From positions 36,193,703 through 36,257,702 of the forward strand of contig CP154954.1 in NCBI GenBank assembly GCA_039621445.1: a stretch of 64,000 nucleotides of DNA, in the 5' to 3' direction. How positions within the stretch are numbered: position 1 is the stretch's first letter; every line of letters begins with the position of its first letter. This DNA is from Euglena gracilis (Eukaryota). The translations under genes and the position numbers were made by a program. The notes beneath the pieces were generated by a model. The model was not told the DNA's origin. It saw only the letters and a program-made list of their open reading frames with translations, and did not search any database. Shown one piece after another: positions 61,901 through 64,000 of this stretch.

Positions 61901-64000
61901 CGGAGTAGGCCCCAATTTGATTCATTTTTACAACCTGGGCTGACCTGGTAAATGTCCCCCGGAATGGTCGAATGCACCCATCTAAATGTGCTCATTTCTT
62001 GCAACCAACATTCCCGCTGCATGTTTTTCTTACCATTAAACCACCACAGTCATGAAACCAACGGGTCCCCTGACTTTGGAGGCCTCCTGGAACACCCATT
62101 CAGTTACTCGGAGTAAGGCCCAATTTGGTCCATTTTTACATGGTAACCTGGGCTGACCTGGTAAATGTCCCCCGGAATGGTCAAATGCACCCATCTAAAT
62201 GTGCTCATTTCTTGCAACCGACATTCCCGCTGCATGTGTTTCTTACCATTAAACCACGACAATCATGAAACCAACGGGTCCCCTGACTTTGGAGGCCTCC
62301 TCTAACGCCCATTCGGTTACTCAGAGTAAGGCCTAATTTGGTCCATTTTTACGTGGTAAGCTGGATTGACCTGATAAATGTCCCCCGGAATGGTCGAATG
62401 CACCCATCTAAATGTGCTCAATTCTTGCAACCAACATTCCCGCTGCATGTGTTTCTTACCATTAAACCACGACAATCATGAAACCAACGGGTCCCCTGAC
62501 TTTGGAGGCCTCCTGGAACGCCCATTCGGTTACTCAGAGTAAGGCCTAATTTGGTCCATTTTTACGTGGTAAACTGGATTGACCTGGTAAATGTCCCCCG
62601 GAATGGTCGAATGCACCCATCTAAATGTGCTCATTTCTTGCAACCAACATTCCCGCTGCATGTGTTTCTTACCATTAATCTACGACAATCATGAAACCAA
62701 CGGGTCCCCTGACTTTGGAGGCCTCCTGGAACACCCATTCAGTTACTCGGAGAAAGGCCCAATTTGGTCCATTTTTACGTGGTAACCTGGGCTGACCTGG
62801 TAAATGTCCCCCGGAATGGACGGATGCACTCATCTAAATGTGCTCATTTCTTGCAACCAACATTCCCGCTGCATGTGTTTCTTACCATTAATGTACGACA
62901 ATCATGAAACCAACGGGTCCCCTGACTTTGGAGGCCTCCTGGAACACCCATTCAGTTACTCGGAGAAAGGCCCAATTTGTTCCATTTTTACGTGGTAACC
63001 TGGGCTGACCTGCTGAGTGTCCCCCGGAATGGTCGAATGCACCCATCTAAATGTGCTCATTTCTTGCAACCAACATTCCCGCTGCATGTTTTTCTTACCA
63101 TTAAACCACGACAATCATGACACCAACGGGTCCCCTGACTTTGGAGGCGGCCTGGAACACCCATTCGGTTACTCGGAGTAAGGCCCAATTTGGTCCATTT
63201 TTACGTGGTAAACTGGGCTGGTAAATGTCCCCCGGAATGGTCAAATGCACCCATCTAAATGTGCTCATTTCTTGCAACCAACATTCCCGCTGCATGTTTT
63301 TCTTACCAGTAAACCACGACAATTATGAAACCAACGGGTCCTCTGACTTTGGAGGCCTCCTGGAGCACCCATTCGGTTACTCGGAGTAAGGCCCAATTTG
63401 GTCCATTTTTACATGGTAACCTGGGCTGACCTGGTAAATGTCCCCCGGAATGGTCGAATGCACCCATCTAAATGTGCTCATTTATTGCAACCAACATTCC
63501 GGCTGCATGTGTTTCTTACCACTAAACCACGACAATCATGAAACCAACGGGTCCCCTGAATTCGGAGGCCTCGTGGAACACCCATTCGGTTACTCTGTGT
63601 AAGGCACATTTTGGTCCACGTTTACATGATAACCTGGGCTGACCTGGTAAATGTCCCCCGGTATGGTCGAATGCACCCATCTAAATGTGCTCATTTCTTG
63701 CAACCAACATTCCCGCTGCATGTTTTTCTTACCATTAAACCACGACAATCATGAAACCAACGGGTCCCCTGACTTTGGAGGCCTCCTGGAACACCCATTC
63801 GGTTACTCGGAGTATGGCCCAATTTGGTCCATGTTTACGTGGTAACCTGGGCTGACCTGGTAAATGTCCCCCAGATATGGTCGAATGCACCCATCTAAAT
63901 GTGCTCATTTCTTGCAACCAACATTCCCGCTGCATGTTTTTCTTACCATTAAACCACGACAATCATGAAAGCAACGGGTTCCCTGACTTTGGAGGCCTCC
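52942..64000 (-). repeat. Satellite B reverse block, about 52 copies, with alternating variant monomers and higher-order repeats, continues off the window
   Basis: A variant monomer (CCCTGGTTTTGG, GAAAACCC, GGGATGACC, CCCGGGGTCGAA) alternates with the standard type. Identical ORF-track translations recur at a 2334 bp offset. Confidence 0.98.

Noticed and set aside
1789-64000. Over a hundred ORFs in the ORF track (MLFCASRAVTAAF..., MVHFYMVTWADL...)
   Set aside because: They are translations of satellite monomers on both strands, with frames broken by homopolymer indels. No evidence of genes.
32756-64000. CRISPR-like array
   Set aside because: The whole 213 bp unit repeats with no unique spacers and there are no cas genes.

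Overview
Eukaryotic heterochromatin-like or centromere-like DNA with no recognisable host gene. About 79% is two unrelated satellites of nucleosome-scale length. Satellite A (GC-rich, 215-216 bp) spans about 1789-28233 and satellite B (213 bp) spans about 32756-64000. Both show subfamily blocks, higher-order repeats and strand-polarity switches, and most ORF-track entries are translations of these repeats. The non-satellite islands read best as five fragments of different LTR retrotransposon families, probably Ty3/gypsy, plus a tRNA-derived SINE and a 4 kb unique spacer. E1 is a 5' LTR, PBS and gag-like ORF. E2 is a chromodomain-like pol end, a Pro-rich ORF, a hairpin-repeat UTR, PPT and 3' LTR. 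E3 and E4 are UTR, PPT and 3' LTR. E5 is a possible 122 bp mini-LTR with a decayed coiled-coil ORF. Strongest lead: three otherwise dissimilar LTRs share the exact 13-mer GATCCTACGCGGG (element sense) near their U5 end. It looks complementary to the T-arm of an initiator tRNA, and E1 has an initiator-tRNA-like PBS, suggesting bipartite tRNA priming. Second lead: an ATG-less Pro-rich ORF in frame behind the pol stop (TGA-CAA), a readthrough candidate. Third: the same satellite B inversion junction appears twice, with and without the E5 insert. All calls were made by eye with no database searches, and boundaries are approximate unless a terminus is quoted.
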